A stretch of 64,000 bases of DNA, taken from assembly GCA_964199315.1 (NCBI GenBank), contig OZ116703.1:22072001-22136000 (forward strand), read 5' to 3'. The position numbers and the translations under genes are program-made. Below the pieces are notes generated by a model. That model was not told where the DNA came from. It was given only the letters and a program-made list of their open reading frames with translations, and ran no database searches. Position 1 is the stretch's first letter; every line of letters starts with the position of its first letter. The DNA comes from Orbicella franksi (taxonomy: Eukaryota). Of the stretch, positions 62,101 to 64,000 are shown piece after piece.

Positions 62101-63112
62101 CATCAAGGTGATGGTAACTATTATGTACATATTTTAGCAATGCAACAAGCATAACATAATAAAGAAGCCATCATTAAGAGTTAATTTGTAACAGTACAGT
62201 ACCACTCGCAGATAAGCAAAACTATCAAACATGTTTTAAACTCCCCAACGGGTTGGTGCATTTTTGCCTAAACCCTTTGAAATGTGTTATTCATCATTGC
62301 ATTTTGCCTTTGTTATCAAGTTGTTGCCTCGTGTTTCTCCTCTCTCTTGTCCTTTATCTTTTGTGATTCAAAGGCTCCCACGTTACCTTTGGGCAGTACT
62401 GTTAAGATAAATTATACATTCCAACTCAAATATAACATGAGTAAAAACTGTTTTACAAGCAGCTTGGGATCAAAAAAATGTTAAACCTCTACATCATGCA
62501 TAAAGGCAAGTATCTAAATATATATATTACTGAAATGTAGAAGAAGCCGTGGCATCATACTTTTTTCAAGATGCAAATTTTATGTACAGTCTTAAATATT
62601 ATCTATGTTAGACCATCACCTGTATTAACATGTGGTAGTAAGTTAAATAAATAAGACAACTATTAAATTTAAAAGATATTACAAATATTAATGTTATTTT
62701 TCTTGGACAAAATTATTGGCCATTGAAGGAAAATTACCAATTTTCAAATGAAATGCAACATCTTCAACTGTGGCTCAGAAGTCACATTTTGCATTATAGT
62801 AAAAAAAGTATAAAAGGAAGAAGTACCAAAGGAAGGCTTAAATTACTTTATATTTTCAGTACACATGTTGGTTTACATTCCCAACTCACTTTAGAGTTTG
62901 GAATTTTAAATCAATCTTAAATTAATCTTTTCTTCAAGTTTGGTCCAAAACGGAAAACAAAAAGTCTTCAGTCAGAAGATAACTTCTGCTTGGCTGGTGA
63001 CTGTATATTTACTGGTGGTGAATAGCTACAAGAAAGAGCCATAATAATTATATCCAATAGCAGCTAATGCAACCAGCCTTTTGGCTTTAGTTTAACAGTA
63101 GTTTTAATAATA

Positions 63113-63890
63113 CTATCTTGTGTATAACTTCATTTGGGCTTGAAGATCATCCATTGTTGTTACACCATACTTGTCCTTATCAGTCTCCAGAAGCTTGAAA
63201 ATTTCCTCAAGCTGTTTCCTCTGCATCCTTCAATGAGAGGAGAAACAACAAATGAGGTGTCTTTCACTAACCCTAACCCTAAATTGCACAATGACCCATT
63301 TTATTATTATAAGTATGCCAGGTACAGGTAGAATCTACTGCTATCAAAAACAATATACATGTATTCTCAACATGCTATCCTGACATCTCAGGATACGAAG
63401 AAGTCTAAAACTAGTTCTGCAGGTGCAAAAGAGCACATAGGTGGGTTGTACTCAATTTTGATCCATTCTGTTAGCTTTCTTCCAAGGATGTATTTTGTTG
63501 TTATCATAATCAGGATTGATGGTAGTGTAAAATACCATCATGATCTGGATTCTGAATTTCAGAGTTTGTGAGTTATTGAAAGATATTAAAAGAACCTTTT
63601 ACTCACTCTCTTTCTTGATCCAGTTCCTCCTCAGTCATTTGGCTTTCAACTTCTTTGATACCCAGTCGAGATGACTTGTATAGGGTCTGGATGTTAGAAG
63701 CCTCTTTCACTGCCATTTCTTTGATCTTTTGCCTCTGTTCCTTCTCCGATAGAGGCTGATCACTACTCTCTCTTATAATGTCTTCTCTTTCACCTTCTTG
63801 AAGGTACCTGATGTCTTTCGACTTTATAAGGCCTGCACCTTGCAGAAAGTTGGTTGCCTCTTCAAATGTTACTGTCTCATCATCATCATT
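63113..63890 (-). CDS. MXRA7: Matrix-remodelling-associated protein 7 homologue, last two coding exons (5' part beyond window end)
   Basis: Exons 63890-63607 and 63227-63113 splice in frame to ...ESQMTEEELDQEREMQRKQLEEIFKLLETDKDKYGVTTMDDLQAQMKLYTR*. This matches the recalled MXRA7 helical domain (MTKEELEEEQRVQKEQLAAIFKLM...FG...QEQLRLY). Confidence 0.8.
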
Positions 63891-64000
63891 CTAATATGAC
63901 AGCAAGAAAACAAGAAAAAAGTTGTCAGCTGGGTTGTGCCATGTTTATTTTCATTGGTTGTTTAAATCTGTTTTTGCAGGTTTGTTGCAACGTTTCGCAG

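Noticed and set aside
63265-63283. Telomere-like (CCCTAA)n
   Set aside because: Only about 2.5 units, in an MXRA7 intron; within chance expectation.
254-63571. Most 60-140 aa ORFs in the supplied track (e.g. 3585-3785, 4918-5310, 16918-17211, 34657-34932, 58954-59289)
   Set aside because: They are antisense or off-frame shadows of real exons, or translations of MITE and microsatellite sequence. Many begin at TTG/GTG and have no independent coding signal.
63985-64000. Possible 3' half of another PLE hammerhead (GAAACGTTG on the minus strand)
   Set aside because: It is cut by the window edge, so the core and stem II cannot be seen.

Overview
Eukaryotic animal genomic DNA, AT-rich and repeat-rich. 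It is most likely a stony coral (Scleractinia), inferred from the repeat families and the GPCR type. No prokaryotic features or CRISPR arrays are present. Three conserved multi-exon genes lie on the minus strand. FBF1 has 22 coding exons reconstructed by hand from 34424 down to 395 and continues off the left edge. USP31/USP43-like is complete (9 exons, 827 aa, 59400-47797). Only the last two coding exons of MXRA7 are in the window (63890-63113). Three GPCRs with intronless coding regions sit same-strand inside one 12.7-kb FBF1 intron. A 4469-bp TTAA-flanked Sola-like DDD transposon lies in FBF1 intron 4; its disabled transposase is fused to an intact-looking Ulp1/SENP protease domain and a Tudor/SH3-like domain. 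A divergent actin pseudogene on the plus strand is split at codon 5 by a 5'-truncated RTE LINE with an 8-bp TSD, and that LINE carries a nested LINE tail. A TSD-flanked inverted Penelope-like repeat in USP31 intron 1 carries a hammerhead-ribozyme motif on each strand. Many MITEs and SINEs are also present. All exon structures and family calls were made by eye from the sequence and recalled homologues; no database searches were run.
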